A program made the position numbers and the translations under genes. 61,999 nucleotides of DNA from a virus (taxonomy: Duplodnaviria > Caudoviricetes), in the IMG/VR virus record IMGVR_UViG_3300010413_000031, positions 1 through 61,999 of that record; one strand, given 5' to 3'. Below are positions 16,662 to 25,381 of this stretch, one piece after another (positions within the stretch are counted from its first letter, which is position 1; each line of letters opens with the position of its first letter). The notes below the pieces were generated by a model that was not told where the DNA came from, did not search any database, and was given only the letters and a program-made list of their open reading frames with translations.

Positions 16662-18318
16662 GGACCCAGGAGAAACGGAGGTACGGATAGGCCGTCCCTT
16701 CGTGGGGGAAGCTGGACAAGTGTTGGACAGCGTGCTGCCTGCGTCCGGGCTGCAGCGCACCGACGTGAACATCACCAACGTGGTGCCCTGGAGGCCTAAG
16801 GACAACGAGTTCAAGAACCACGAGCCGTGGCAGATTGAGCGGGGCATGCAGGAGCTGGATGACCTGATCTACGAGCTGCGCCCTCAGATCATAGTGGCGT
16901 TCGGCAACGAGGCGGCATGGGCTACCATACCCAACTGGCCGGGGAATGACATATCCCACGCGCACGGCATCATGGAGAGGCGTGGGTACTTCTTCAAGGG
17001 CAAGCATGGGACATGGGTACTGGCCACCCTGCATCCCGCCAACGTCAAGTACCAGGTCATGCCCAATCTCATGCTGCTGGATCTGGATATGCGACGGTTG
17101 GACCTGTGGCTGCGTGGGAAGCTGCCTAGGGATGAGTGGCCTGAGATCAAGGTTGCGAGGGAGGCTGGGGATCTGGTCAAGCTGATGAAGGATCAGGTAC
17201 TGGCTACGGACATAGAGCTGAAGTGGGGCGGCAGGGAGGTACTGTGTGTCGGGTTCTGCGGGGACGATCTAGAGCCAGTCGTGGTACCGGATAACCTGCT
17301 GCCCCTAGCTTATGAGGTACTGGCCAACGGGAATCCCAAGGTCCTGCATCATGGGCAGTTCGACATCTATATGCTGCAGGAAGAGAAGGGGATACCCATT
17401 CACGGCCAGCTGCACGACACTATGTTCCAGCACTGGGCCCTGTTCCCGGAGCTGGCGTCGAAGGAGGAGACGGGCGGGGAGTACTCGGACCTGAGCAAGG
17501 CCACACGCATGACACGCAAGGGGCTAGCCTTCCTCATGAGCATGTATGGTAACTGGCCGTGGTGGAAGGACTACCCGGACGAGGACCACCCCAAGTTCAG
17601 GGAGCTGATGTTCATTCTCAACGGCAGAGACTGCTATGCCACACGCTGGCTACACTCGCTGCAGATAGCCAAGATCTACGAGGAGGCCGTGGACGAGCAG
17701 TACTACGAGGCCATGCGCATGGTGCCTATCGCCATCAAGATGCAGAGGCGGGGCATGCTGGTGAACGATGAACTGAGGCAGAAGAGGATAGAGATACTGA
17801 CCGAGAGGTTGACAGCCGCAGAAACAGACATAGTATTGGCAGGACTGAGCTATATCTGGGAGCACGAACTAGCCTCCTACAGGAAGATCAGGAGCTGCCC
17901 CTGCTGCCGTGGGTCGCTGCCCGGCAGAAAGCCGAGGCGCAAGACCAGGCAGTGCTGGAGCTGTGCTGGGTACGAAAAGGTGCCAAGCAAGGCTCAGCTG
18001 GTGTGGCAGCTGACTGCGGATGAGGGCGTGCATGTACTAACAGACCTGCCAATGGAGGAGTATCTAGCACGGCGGGAGGCGTGGCATGAGAAAGTGCGCA
18101 AGACCAAGAAGGCCGTGCTTGAGCGCTACATCCTCAAGCCCTGCAACTTCTGTGGCGGTAAGGGGTACATTGGATGGTATGAGTTCAATCCGTTCTCCAA
18201 CCAGCAGCTAGGCACGCTGCTGTACGATGTGATAGGGGTACCCAAGAGCCTGCTGGGGAAGAAGCGGCAGGTGGATGAGAACACCTTGGGCAGGGTCCTG
18301 CATTGGGCCAGGAGCTAA
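16594..18318 (+). CDS. polA: DNA polymerase family A, N-terminal part: uracil-DNA glycosylase + 3'-5' exonuclease + partial thumb
   Basis: VGRDPGETE..GRPFVGEAG and TLHPA (family-4-type UDG); TDIE, HHGQFD, NGRDC (Exo I-III); FNPFSNQQLGTLLY. GTG start inferred (the supplied ORF opens at 16393). Confidence 0.85.
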   Translation: MTSTKVGPELNARSPGRVLLVGRDPGETEVRIGRPFVGEAGQVLDSVLPASGLQRTDVNITNVVPWRPKDNEFKNHEPWQIERGMQELDDLIYELRPQIIVAFGNEAAWATIPNWPGNDISHAHGIMERRGYFFKGKHGTWVLATLHPANVKYQVMPNLMLLDLDMRRLDLWLRGKLPRDEWPEIKVAREAGDLVKLMKDQVLATDIELKWGGREVLCVGFCGDDLEPVVVPDNLLPLAYEVLANGNPKVLHHGQFDIYMLQEEKGIPIHGQLHDTMFQHWALFPELASKEETGGEYSDLSKATRMTRKGLAFLMSMYGNWPWWKDYPDEDHPKFRELMFILNGRDCYATRWLHSLQIAKIYEEAVDEQYYEAMRMVPIAIKMQRRGMLVNDELRQKRIEILTERLTAAETDIVLAGLSYIWEHELASYRKIRSCPCCRGSLPGRKPRRKTRQCWSCAGYEKVPSKAQLVWQLTADEGVHVLTDLPMEEYLARREAWHEKVRKTKKAVLERYILKPCNFCGGKGYIGWYEFNPFSNQQLGTLLYDVIGVPKSLLGKKRQVDENTLGRVLHWARS

Positions 18319-18320
18319 CT

Positions 18321-18998
18321 ATGGCTAACTACAACGGCTATAACACTTCGACAGGCTACATACAGTTTGCTAATACTACTACTGCGGGCACTGGTAGTAA
18401 CACTACTACGTGGGGAAACAGCAGTAGTGGCCTGTGGGTGCCCGAGTATCCACTGAATAGCAAGCCCATGAAGTTCGTGGGTGGTGCGCTGCATGGGCAG
18501 ATCAAGAAAGTCCCTGTTGTACATGACAGGATAGACGTGCCTGTTATGCAGCCATTTCCATACACGCTGGAAGACTCGGGCAAGGCCGCCGAGTATGTGT
18601 ATGAGAGCTATGATCTGATACACCACAAGGGCGAGTCATTCTTCGTACTACGTGAGCTATGGGAGGCCGAGCGTCCTGCTGTAGGGTTCTACAAGAACCC
18701 AAATAGGGACGAGTACCACATCATCGTCGTCACTACCAAGCCGGGCATTCTGGGGTTCAGTATCACAAGAAAGATGTATCACGCCCTAATGGAGGGACAG
18801 TTCCTGGAGCAGTTCCATAACGACCTCAAGGAAGTGAAGATGGGTGACCTGAACGAACTCATCTACATGAAGATGGCCGAGCGCTATGTTCCCAAGCCTG
18901 TGTTTCATGACGCAAAGGAGGACGACGAGCCGGTGCCTGAGAAGTGGGAGCTGGACGAGGAAGAGCTGGGTGACCCTGTGATGATCCCGGCGGCTTAA
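18321..18998 (+). CDS. Hypothetical protein between the two polA parts
   Basis: GGAG RBS; Thr/Asn-rich N-terminus, then FVGGALHG motif. Confidence 0.6.
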   Translation: MANYNGYNTSTGYIQFANTTTAGTGSNTTTWGNSSSGLWVPEYPLNSKPMKFVGGALHGQIKKVPVVHDRIDVPVMQPFPYTLEDSGKAAEYVYESYDLIHHKGESFFVLRELWEAERPAVGFYKNPNRDEYHIIVVTTKPGILGFSITRKMYHALMEGQFLEQFHNDLKEVKMGDLNELIYMKMAERYVPKPVFHDAKEDDEPVPEKWELDEEELGDPVMIPAA

Positions 18999-19017
18999 CA
19001 TGCCACACGAGTTGACT

Positions 19018-20037
19018 ATGGCCTGGCATAAAGCGAGGAAGCTGCAGATCCTTGAGATCCTGGAGCCTTACATGGTGGCTAAGCGGGACAGGACCGTGAT
19101 CGGCCACTATGAAAGGATAGAGCCGGGACCTGATGGTAGGGTGAGGACGGAGCCAAACCCCATAGGCACCAGTACGGGCAGGTTCAGCTCAAGCGAGAGC
19201 CCGCTCGATCCGTATTCCACCAACCTGCAGAACCTGAACAAGAAGGTGGCGCAGATCGATCCCGTCTATGCCATACGTGACTGCATCATTCCCGATCCGG
19301 GCTATGTGCTGTGGGCGGCAGACTACGCCGGGGCTGAGGCCCTGCTAGCCGCTGCCTACCAGCAGGACTGGGAGATGTACCAGATGCTGTTGGATGGAAA
19401 GGATGTGCATACATGGCACGCCTCCATCTTCTTCGACATGCCTGAGGAGCAGGTAGGCAAGGGCACGATCTACAGGCAGATAGCCAAGAACATAGGCTAC
19501 GGAGGGCAGTACAAGGCCAGCATATGGAAGCTGACCGAGACCATCAACAGGGAGGCCGAGCACACGGGCGTCAGGGTCACGCAGGCGCAGGTCGAGACGG
19601 CCTACACTCGCTGGTTGCAGCTGCACCCTGTCGAGGAGTGGTGGGAGAACACACGCCAGGAACTGAACACCCCGCCCAAGAACAGCCTGCGTAACTGTTT
19701 CGGGTTCAGGCGCAGGTTCTTCGCCCCCGATCCTGAGAAGCGGTTGAAGGAGGGGCTGGCCTTCTACCCACAAAGCACGGTGGCCTCCTGTATCAAGCGG
19801 GCCATGGTGAGAGTGGATGAGGAGCTGGACGATGGGCAGGAGATCATGCAGATCATGCAGATCCATGACGAGATCTTCGGGCAGGTGAAGGAGAACAAGG
19901 TGGACAAGTACATGCCTGAGATCGTGAAGATTCTGGAAGAGCCGTTCGAGATCCACGGCAAGGAGGTCTGGATTCCTGCCGACGCCAGCCTAGGTATGAG
20001 CTGGGGGAGCATGCGAGCATGGCAAAAGGCAGCCTAA
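19018..20037 (+). CDS. polA: DNA polymerase family A, polymerase part
   Basis: GTSTGRFSSS, NLQN, motif A ADYAGAE, motif B RQIAKNIGYG, motif C QIHDE; alternative start at 19000. Confidence 0.92.
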   Translation: MAWHKARKLQILEILEPYMVAKRDRTVIGHYERIEPGPDGRVRTEPNPIGTSTGRFSSSESPLDPYSTNLQNLNKKVAQIDPVYAIRDCIIPDPGYVLWAADYAGAEALLAAAYQQDWEMYQMLLDGKDVHTWHASIFFDMPEEQVGKGTIYRQIAKNIGYGGQYKASIWKLTETINREAEHTGVRVTQAQVETAYTRWLQLHPVEEWWENTRQELNTPPKNSLRNCFGFRRRFFAPDPEKRLKEGLAFYPQSTVASCIKRAMVRVDEELDDGQEIMQIMQIHDEIFGQVKENKVDKYMPEIVKILEEPFEIHGKEVWIPADASLGMSWGSMRAWQKAA

Positions 20038-20387
20038 TTAACTGGGTACGCGACCAGATATACGCGGTCGAGGATCTCCTGAATGTGAGGCCTGACCTCT
20101 TGCGGATGGGGGAGGCTCTCTGGCGTGAGATCCTGGCGGAGAGCTATACCAGCAGAACATGGCTTGCTCCCCAATTCGGAAGCTATGCATCAGGCGACTG
20201 GTTCAACATGACGTTCGACGGGATACAGGTGGAGCGAATGTATGATGCGCCGGGCAGTATTCCACCATGGGAGCTGCATATTCATGCGGACAGGCGTGTA
20301 TTCAGGTGCGACCCTCATGGCCCTCCACGTATATGTACGGGCGGAGAGAAGCTACGGACAATCTACGACGTGCTGTGCTATGCGTAA
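20019..20387 (+). CDS. Hypothetical protein
   Basis: Overlapping ORF with RBS. Confidence 0.5.
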   Translation: MAKGSLINWVRDQIYAVEDLLNVRPDLLRMGEALWREILAESYTSRTWLAPQFGSYASGDWFNMTFDGIQVERMYDAPGSIPPWELHIHADRRVFRCDPHGPPRICTGGEKLRTIYDVLCYA

Positions 20388-20601
20388 GCAGCAGAGCTAC
20401 CCTAGCCAGTACGAGATCTGGAACGTGTTCACTACCATCGTCTGTAAGGTTCTCAATGCAGATAACAAGGATAGGGTAGGGATAGCCGAGCGGGAGGCAC
20501 GGGCCAGGTTGGGTGAGGTGTACTCCGATCTACCTGAGAGGGTGGCCAACACAGCCCTGAGGCTGGTGGCGTGGATGGAGACGTGGAACAAGCATGGCTA
20601 A
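20380..20601 (+). CDS. Hypothetical protein
   Basis: Coupled ORF MRKQQSYP... Confidence 0.45.
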   Translation: MRKQQSYPSQYEIWNVFTTIVCKVLNADNKDRVGIAEREARARLGEVYSDLPERVANTALRLVAWMETWNKHG

Positions 20602-21601
20602 GTACGATCTGCTCAAGGCACCCATCGCCCATGTGGTCTCCGTCAACTACTACAAGGAGGCGTTGAACGCCTACCTGGGGACGGACGAGATCGAGAAGCT
20701 GGAGTTGAACCATGATTATGTACTTGGTGGCCTTCTGCCGGTGGGCGGATACCTACATCTGTACGGCCGGGAGAAGAGTGGGAAGACGAGGCTGGCGTGG
20801 CAGCTGGCGCGCTCTGTCGGTATCACTGGTCGGCCTTGGATGGGTTTTATCACTAATCGCACTGGCCCTGTGCTATGGCTTGAGCTGGACATGGGAACGG
20901 CTGAGTTCAAGTACGTCCTGGGTTCGGCGCAGGCTGCTGGCATGGGTGGGCATCCGGCCATACTTGGGCCAGGGAAGCATCATTACCTTAACGCACTATC
21001 ACCGCAAGGTCAGGACTTCCTCTACACTCTGGGGGTCATCCACAAGCCCATCCTCACAGTCGTTGACACTTTCACCGACTGCTATGAGGGAGAGCTGGAG
21101 AACGAGGTTATACGACGAGTTGTTGCAAGCTTCCGTTTCGCTCTTGCAGGCTCAAGCTTCGTATTCATTAACCATGAGCGAAGAACTAGCCAAGCTCTCA
21201 TCGCTAAAGACAAGCAGGACACCGATGCTGAGCTGGGAGGGGGCGAACTATCACGCAAGGCAAGCGGAGTACTACGACTTGTGCGTCACTCGGATGCAGC
21301 AGGCATTCTCAGCCTCAAGCGCATCAGGACTCAAAGGCATTGGACTGACCTCGGCCTCCGCATCACAGAGCATGGGTTCTGGCAGATTGACCATGCCCAT
21401 CTCACCGCCCGGATGCTAATCGCCCTGTGGCCTGACATTCCAGGGCTGAGCATGGAGGAGGCGAAGCAGTGCAAGAGCGCAGAGCAGGTGTTGGGCACGC
21501 TGCACAAGTACATGCCCCATCTAGATATGCACAAGCTGAAGGATGCCTACAGTCAAATGCACGGGGAGCTACCGTGGCAGCGCTGGCTGGGGCTACTATA
21601 G
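20594..21601 (+). CDS. RecA-family (AAA_25/RepA-like) replicative helicase
   Basis: Walker A GREKSGKT, VLWLELDMG, Walker B VVDTF, FINHER. Confidence 0.8.
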   Translation: MAKYDLLKAPIAHVVSVNYYKEALNAYLGTDEIEKLELNHDYVLGGLLPVGGYLHLYGREKSGKTRLAWQLARSVGITGRPWMGFITNRTGPVLWLELDMGTAEFKYVLGSAQAAGMGGHPAILGPGKHHYLNALSPQGQDFLYTLGVIHKPILTVVDTFTDCYEGELENEVIRRVVASFRFALAGSSFVFINHERRTSQALIAKDKQDTDAELGGGELSRKASGVLRLVRHSDAAGILSLKRIRTQRHWTDLGLRITEHGFWQIDHAHLTARMLIALWPDIPGLSMEEAKQCKSAEQVLGTLHKYMPHLDMHKLKDAYSQMHGELPWQRWLGLL

Positions 21602-21693
21602 TACTTATAGTACTAACTAATATATTAGCAAGTATTAGGCCAGAGTGCTGGCCTATCTAGTTGGCCTAGTAAAGCACCAATTCCACCAGGAGG

Positions 21694-21918
21694 ATGAACA
21701 GGATGGGCACCAGGACATACGCAGATGACGTGGCGTGGTTGGTTGAGACCTTCCATGACAGGCTGGAGTTGCTGGCTTCCGACGTGAGTCTGGATGATGG
21801 GAGGCTGTGGCTCACCCGGCGATGGTCAGAGCTTGGGCAGGGGGGTGGCACTATACGCGGCCGGGATATCATAGCGATCTTCGACTCATGGGAGAGCATA
21901 CGTAGGAAGAGCCCCTAG
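21694..21918 (+). CDS. Hypothetical protein
   Basis: AGGAGG RBS region. Confidence 0.5.
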   Translation: MNRMGTRTYADDVAWLVETFHDRLELLASDVSLDDGRLWLTRRWSELGQGGGTIRGRDIIAIFDSWESIRRKSP

Positions 21919-21942
21919 GGGGGTTGACCCGGAAGTTAACTT
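21917..21942 (+). promoter_or_regulatory. Short-spacer promoter element 1
   Basis: AGGGGGG TTGACC cggaagt TAACTT. Confidence 0.75.
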
Positions 21943-21969
21943 AGAGTGGACCCCAAAGGGAGGTGGCTT

Positions 21970-22167
21970 ATGCCCTTAGAGGCAAAACTTCTGTTGACTG
22001 GCGTGCTGGCTGTGGTGGTTGGCGTGCTGGCTGTAATACCAGTAGTCATGCTGGATGATTGTGGGCTGCACCGTACGGCAGAGGCCTTCGGTGCGATAGC
22101 GTGCGTCCTACTGTGTGTGGGCGCTGCACTCGTCGTAGTGGATGCGCTCATACTGATCTGGCGATAG
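21970..22167 (+). CDS. Small two-TM membrane protein
   Basis: GGAGGT RBS, hydrophobic. Confidence 0.55.
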   Translation: MPLEAKLLLTGVLAVVVGVLAVIPVVMLDDCGLHRTAEAFGAIACVLLCVGAALVVVDALILIWR

Positions 22168-22182
22168 GAGAGGGAGACGACT

Positions 22183-22362
22183 ATGACAGACGATGAGAAG
22201 CAGGAGCTGGTCGATCTGCTCCAGATAGTCAGGTCGGCCCTATCATCCAACGTGAAGGCATTGTGGTCGAAGCCCCAATTCCGTGACATGCAGAAGAAGA
22301 CGGCCCTGTATGCCATAGAGAAGATAGATGCCTACCTAAATGCATTGCGGGAGGGGGGTTGA
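22183..22362 (+). CDS. Hypothetical protein (59 aa)
   Basis: GGAG RBS, MTDDEKQELV... Confidence 0.5.
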   Translation: MTDDEKQELVDLLQIVRSALSSNVKALWSKPQFRDMQKKTALYAIEKIDAYLNALREGG

Positions 22363-22377
22363 CCGCCGGGTTAAATT
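22352..22377 (+). promoter_or_regulatory. Short-spacer promoter element 2
   Basis: AGGGGGG TTGACC gccgggt TAAATT. Confidence 0.75.
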
Positions 22378-22382
22378 AGAAT

Positions 22383-22693
22383 AGGCCGAGGGCGACCGAA
22401 GCTGCGGCTTGAGGGATTAGTAGCACTCGCTGCCCCACGCACGCCTTAGGTCTTGGTGGACGGTATCGACCACGGGACCTGAGGCCATGCAGTCCTCACC
22501 GTTATGAAGAGCCTGAGCGCCCACTCGCCATAGGCACCGCAGAGCCTAGAGTGACGGGGAGCAAACTGTTCCTCGACCAGGTTTGCGCCTGGTCTCAGAA
22601 CATTAAGGCGTGCATCACGCATTAGCACGCTGCGTGGGTGGAGAGAAGGAAGCTAGTAGTGGGAAACTGGCCGGTCGCCCGGCCTTTTCTTTT
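22383..22693 (+). ncRNA. Unclassified ~310-nt structured RNA / attenuator
   Basis: Gap without a credible ORF, complementary ends, many long helices, terminal hairpin + U-tract. Confidence 0.65.
22669..22693 (+). terminator. Intrinsic terminator
   Basis: GGCCGG-TCGC-CCGGCC-TTTTCTTTT. Confidence 0.7.
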
Positions 22694-22711
22694 GCAAGGG
22701 AGGAGGGCATT

Positions 22712-22942
22712 ATGATGGACGCAGGTGGCAGGGAGGTAGTGGTGGGCTCGATAGTGGAGGTACTGGTCGCGCGTAAGGCTTTGGTGCGGGACATTACGTA
22801 TGCCGATCAGGGCGAGCCCATCGCTACACTACAGTGGCAGGACAACCCACACGACACAGCGAGGGTACTATGGAACCACCAAAGGGCAAGGCTACTGTAT
22901 CAGTCAGGCAAGGACAGCGGCTGTGGGCAGCGCTCAAGATAG
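22712..22942 (+). CDS. Small SH3-like beta-barrel protein
   Basis: GGAGG RBS; DAGGREVVVGSIV pattern. Confidence 0.5.
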   Translation: MMDAGGREVVVGSIVEVLVARKALVRDITYADQGEPIATLQWQDNPHDTARVLWNHQRARLLYQSGKDSGCGQRSR

Positions 22943-23415
22943 CCCTTGAACGTGGCAGGAAGATCAAGCCCCAATTCCGCTGGGATACGCTTGGGGTGTA
23001 TGAGTCGCGTATCTTTCCCAAGGACAGCGAAACCATGGCCATACTGGTCTACTCTCCCACTAATGGCCACATCTTCATGAACGGGAGAGCTGCGGACGAG
23101 ATGCTTGCACAGGGTATGCTGATCCCGTGGGCTGTAGACATCCTGCTGCATGAGTTTGCTCATGCCATGGTAGCGGATGAGCACGGACCGAAAGTTCAGC
23201 CGCACGGAGTGGAGTGGCGGAGGCTGGCCCGAGAGCTGGGGTGTGTGCCCCAAGCCAGGGCCACGGATCATGAGCGGCTGCGCAGTTACAGCTGCATGAT
23301 AGTAGAGGAAGGAGGAAAGAAGAATGGCGTACGATTCACACTTAACGGCGATACGTCGGGGAAGAGCAAGCCGTCCGGGAAGAGCGTTGGTCGAGAAGAG
23401 ACTGGTTCCAGCTAA
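22834..23415 (+). CDS. SprT-like zinc metallopeptidase (start uncertain)
   Basis: LLHEFAH...HGVEWRRLARELG. Confidence 0.8.
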   Translation: MAGQPTRHSEGTMEPPKGKATVSVRQGQRLWAALKIALERGRKIKPQFRWDTLGVYESRIFPKDSETMAILVYSPTNGHIFMNGRAADEMLAQGMLIPWAVDILLHEFAHAMVADEHGPKVQPHGVEWRRLARELGCVPQARATDHERLRSYSCMIVEEGGKKNGVRFTLNGDTSGKSKPSGKSVGREETGSS

Positions 23416-23926
23416 GGACGGCTGGGCTCGCTTCGTGCTGGACTACGGAGCGGGGTTCGGAGACGACGCACAGGCCCACGGCTGGCATGCCTATGACCCT
23501 AACTTCAGCAACATCAGCGAGTTACCGACGTGGCCAGCCAAGTTCGATTACATTGTATGCATCTACGTTCTCTGTGTGTGTACGCGTGATGAGATCGTGG
23601 ATATCATGGGCGACATACTCAGGCGCCTTCGTCCGGGGGGCGTAGCTTACTTCGCAGTACGCAGGGATGGGGGTCGCCAGCTTGGCGTGATCGAACGAGC
23701 AGGTGGGAAGCGCACCTACCAGAGTGATGTATACCTGGATCTGCCGCGTGTGCTCTCCACCTACGGCTTTGACATCTACGAGTGGAGGAAGGATGCGGGA
23801 CGCACGAACGATATTCATGAAGAGTGTGCGCGAGCCGAAGCTAGTGCCCTCATCAAATTTGTGGGTACTGAAGGCTGTGGCATACAACCAGAAGATGTCG
23901 GGAAGGAAGAGGAAGACGATCAGTAA
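23324..23926 (+). CDS. Class I SAM-dependent methyltransferase
   Basis: VLDYGAGFG motif I, YDPNF, FDYIVCIYVL, LRPGG. Confidence 0.85.
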   Translation: MAYDSHLTAIRRGRASRPGRALVEKRLVPAKDGWARFVLDYGAGFGDDAQAHGWHAYDPNFSNISELPTWPAKFDYIVCIYVLCVCTRDEIVDIMGDILRRLRPGGVAYFAVRRDGGRQLGVIERAGGKRTYQSDVYLDLPRVLSTYGFDIYEWRKDAGRTNDIHEECARAEASALIKFVGTEGCGIQPEDVGKEEEDDQ

Positions 23927-24476
23927 GGGCAGATGGAAGGGCATGCCCATGTACAACCTCACTCTGGAAGAGCGAGCCACATGCCCGACTGACTGTCCAC
24001 AGTGGGAGGACTGTTATGGTAACAACATGCCATACGCAGGACGTTATCAAGCTGGGCCAGATCTTGAAGGGGCTATTGCCAGAGATGTCGAGCATCTCAG
24101 TGGGAAGCACCCGGACGGTTTCGTTGTCAGACTCCACGTTCTGGGAGATTTTTACAGCGTGGGCTATGTCAGACTGTGGCTCGGCCTTGTGGAACGATAC
24201 CCTGCTCTTCGTGTATACGGATTCACACACCGGCAGCATGACACAGGTATCGGTGCGGAAGTATCCAGGGGGCAGGGTCCTCATTTTCGTATACTCAGAT
24301 CAGATCCAACAGTACCCGATGATCCACTCCCTGCTGCATGGACTCTTAAAGACGGGGAAGTGGGGGCGAGGCCTGATTCGGTGCTTTGCCCATGGTATAG
24401 CGGCAAGACTGAGAGTTGCCTCACCTGCGGGCTCTGTTGGAACGGAAGCATCAACGTCAGCTTCCCCAGACACTAG
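23793..24476 (+). CDS. GP88-like Cys-rich (radical-SAM-like) protein
   Basis: TCPTDCP...CY, RLHVLGDFYS, C-terminal CP...CLTCGLC. Confidence 0.7.
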   Translation: MRDARTIFMKSVREPKLVPSSNLWVLKAVAYNQKMSGRKRKTISKGRWKGMPMYNLTLEERATCPTDCPQWEDCYGNNMPYAGRYQAGPDLEGAIARDVEHLSGKHPDGFVVRLHVLGDFYSVGYVRLWLGLVERYPALRVYGFTHRQHDTGIGAEVSRGQGPHFRILRSDPTVPDDPLPAAWTLKDGEVGARPDSVLCPWYSGKTESCLTCGLCWNGSINVSFPRH

Positions 24477-24484
24477 GAGGTAGC

Positions 24485-24724
24485 ATGAGCGTAGAAATCA
24501 CGGAGGCCCCCAAGCAGTATGGAAGATGGATAATCTGGGGCTGGGCCCTTTTCTCAGGGCCTCAGGCTTATGTCTTCGACACGCAGGCAGAGTTGGATGC
24601 CTTCCTGTTTGGGTGCGAAGAGGCAAATGGATGGATGGAGTATGCAGTCTTCGAGACGAAGGAGGAAGCGATCAACCACATGAAGGAGAGGGGAGCATAT
24701 GAACAAGAAGGAGCAGAGACATAG
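24485..24724 (+). CDS. Hypothetical protein
   Basis: AGGAGGT RBS. Confidence 0.55.
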   Translation: MSVEITEAPKQYGRWIIWGWALFSGPQAYVFDTQAELDAFLFGCEEANGWMEYAVFETKEEAINHMKERGAYEQEGAET

Positions 24725-24977
24725 GCTGGAGCAGATGGTGCTCACAGCCAACACGCTCAAGTGGCGGCTCAAGCAGTCTGCTCTGTGGGCAGAGGAACTG
24801 GAGACATTCCTGCGTGAGCTGTATGAACAAGAAGAGGAAGCACAGGAGTTGGCCGAGAGGATAGAGGGCAACTATGTCGAAGCAAAACCGAGGCCTGCTG
24901 GGGCTGGAGAAGAAGATGCGTCTAGGTCTGACCGTGCCAGACCTGCCTGCATTGGCAGCCAAAAGAGCGAAGGGTAA
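24699..24977 (+). CDS. Hypothetical coiled-coil protein
   Basis: RBS, overlaps neighbours. Confidence 0.5.
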   Translation: MNKKEQRHRLEQMVLTANTLKWRLKQSALWAEELETFLRELYEQEEEAQELAERIEGNYVEAKPRPAGAGEEDASRSDRARPACIGSQKSEG

Positions 24978-25218
24978 GAAGGCCTGGCGCTTCTACTGGC
25001 CGGACAACTACACACCCGTCAAGCGTGAGGGCTGGCAGTGGGTATCCCAGCCGTTGACCAGCGGCAGGGAACTCAAGCTTCCACGCTACATGCAGGTGGG
25101 CTCGCACGGATACACACGCGTGGTGCCCAACAGACTGGAGAAGGTCATGGGCTGGCTCACCAAGCATGGTTTCACGGTCACATGGGAGGACAAGAATCAT
25201 GGCAAAGAGCAGGACTGA
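24874..25218 (+). CDS. Hypothetical protein
   Basis: Overlapping ORF with RBS. Confidence 0.5.
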   Translation: MSKQNRGLLGLEKKMRLGLTVPDLPALAAKRAKGKKAWRFYWPDNYTPVKREGWQWVSQPLTSGRELKLPRYMQVGSHGYTRVVPNRLEKVMGWLTKHGFTVTWEDKNHGKEQD

Positions 25219-25381
25219 GGCTCAGATGGAGCTGTGGGAGGCGATGATCGAGTTCTATCGCTGGGGTGGAGGACAGGGTGAGATCCACCCATGGGTTGAG
25301 GGGGCGTACATCGACTACCGTAACCGGCGTGCAGCCGAGTCGAAGGAGAAGAGGGCCGATGAAAGCACCAGTTCCGAATGA
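25199..25381 (+). CDS. Hypothetical protein
   Basis: GGAGG RBS. Confidence 0.45.
   Translation: MAKSRTEAQMELWEAMIEFYRWGGGQGEIHPWVEGAYIDYRNRRAAESKEKRADESTSSE

Noticed and set aside
18321-18998. Intein, group I intron or homing endonuclease within polA
   Set aside because: No Cys/Ser...His-Asn splice motifs and no LAGLIDADG/HNH/GIY-YIG signature; the gene has its own RBS and stop
22446-22628. 60-aa minus-strand ORF inside the structured RNA
   Set aside because: No RBS or motif; the region is better explained by RNA structure
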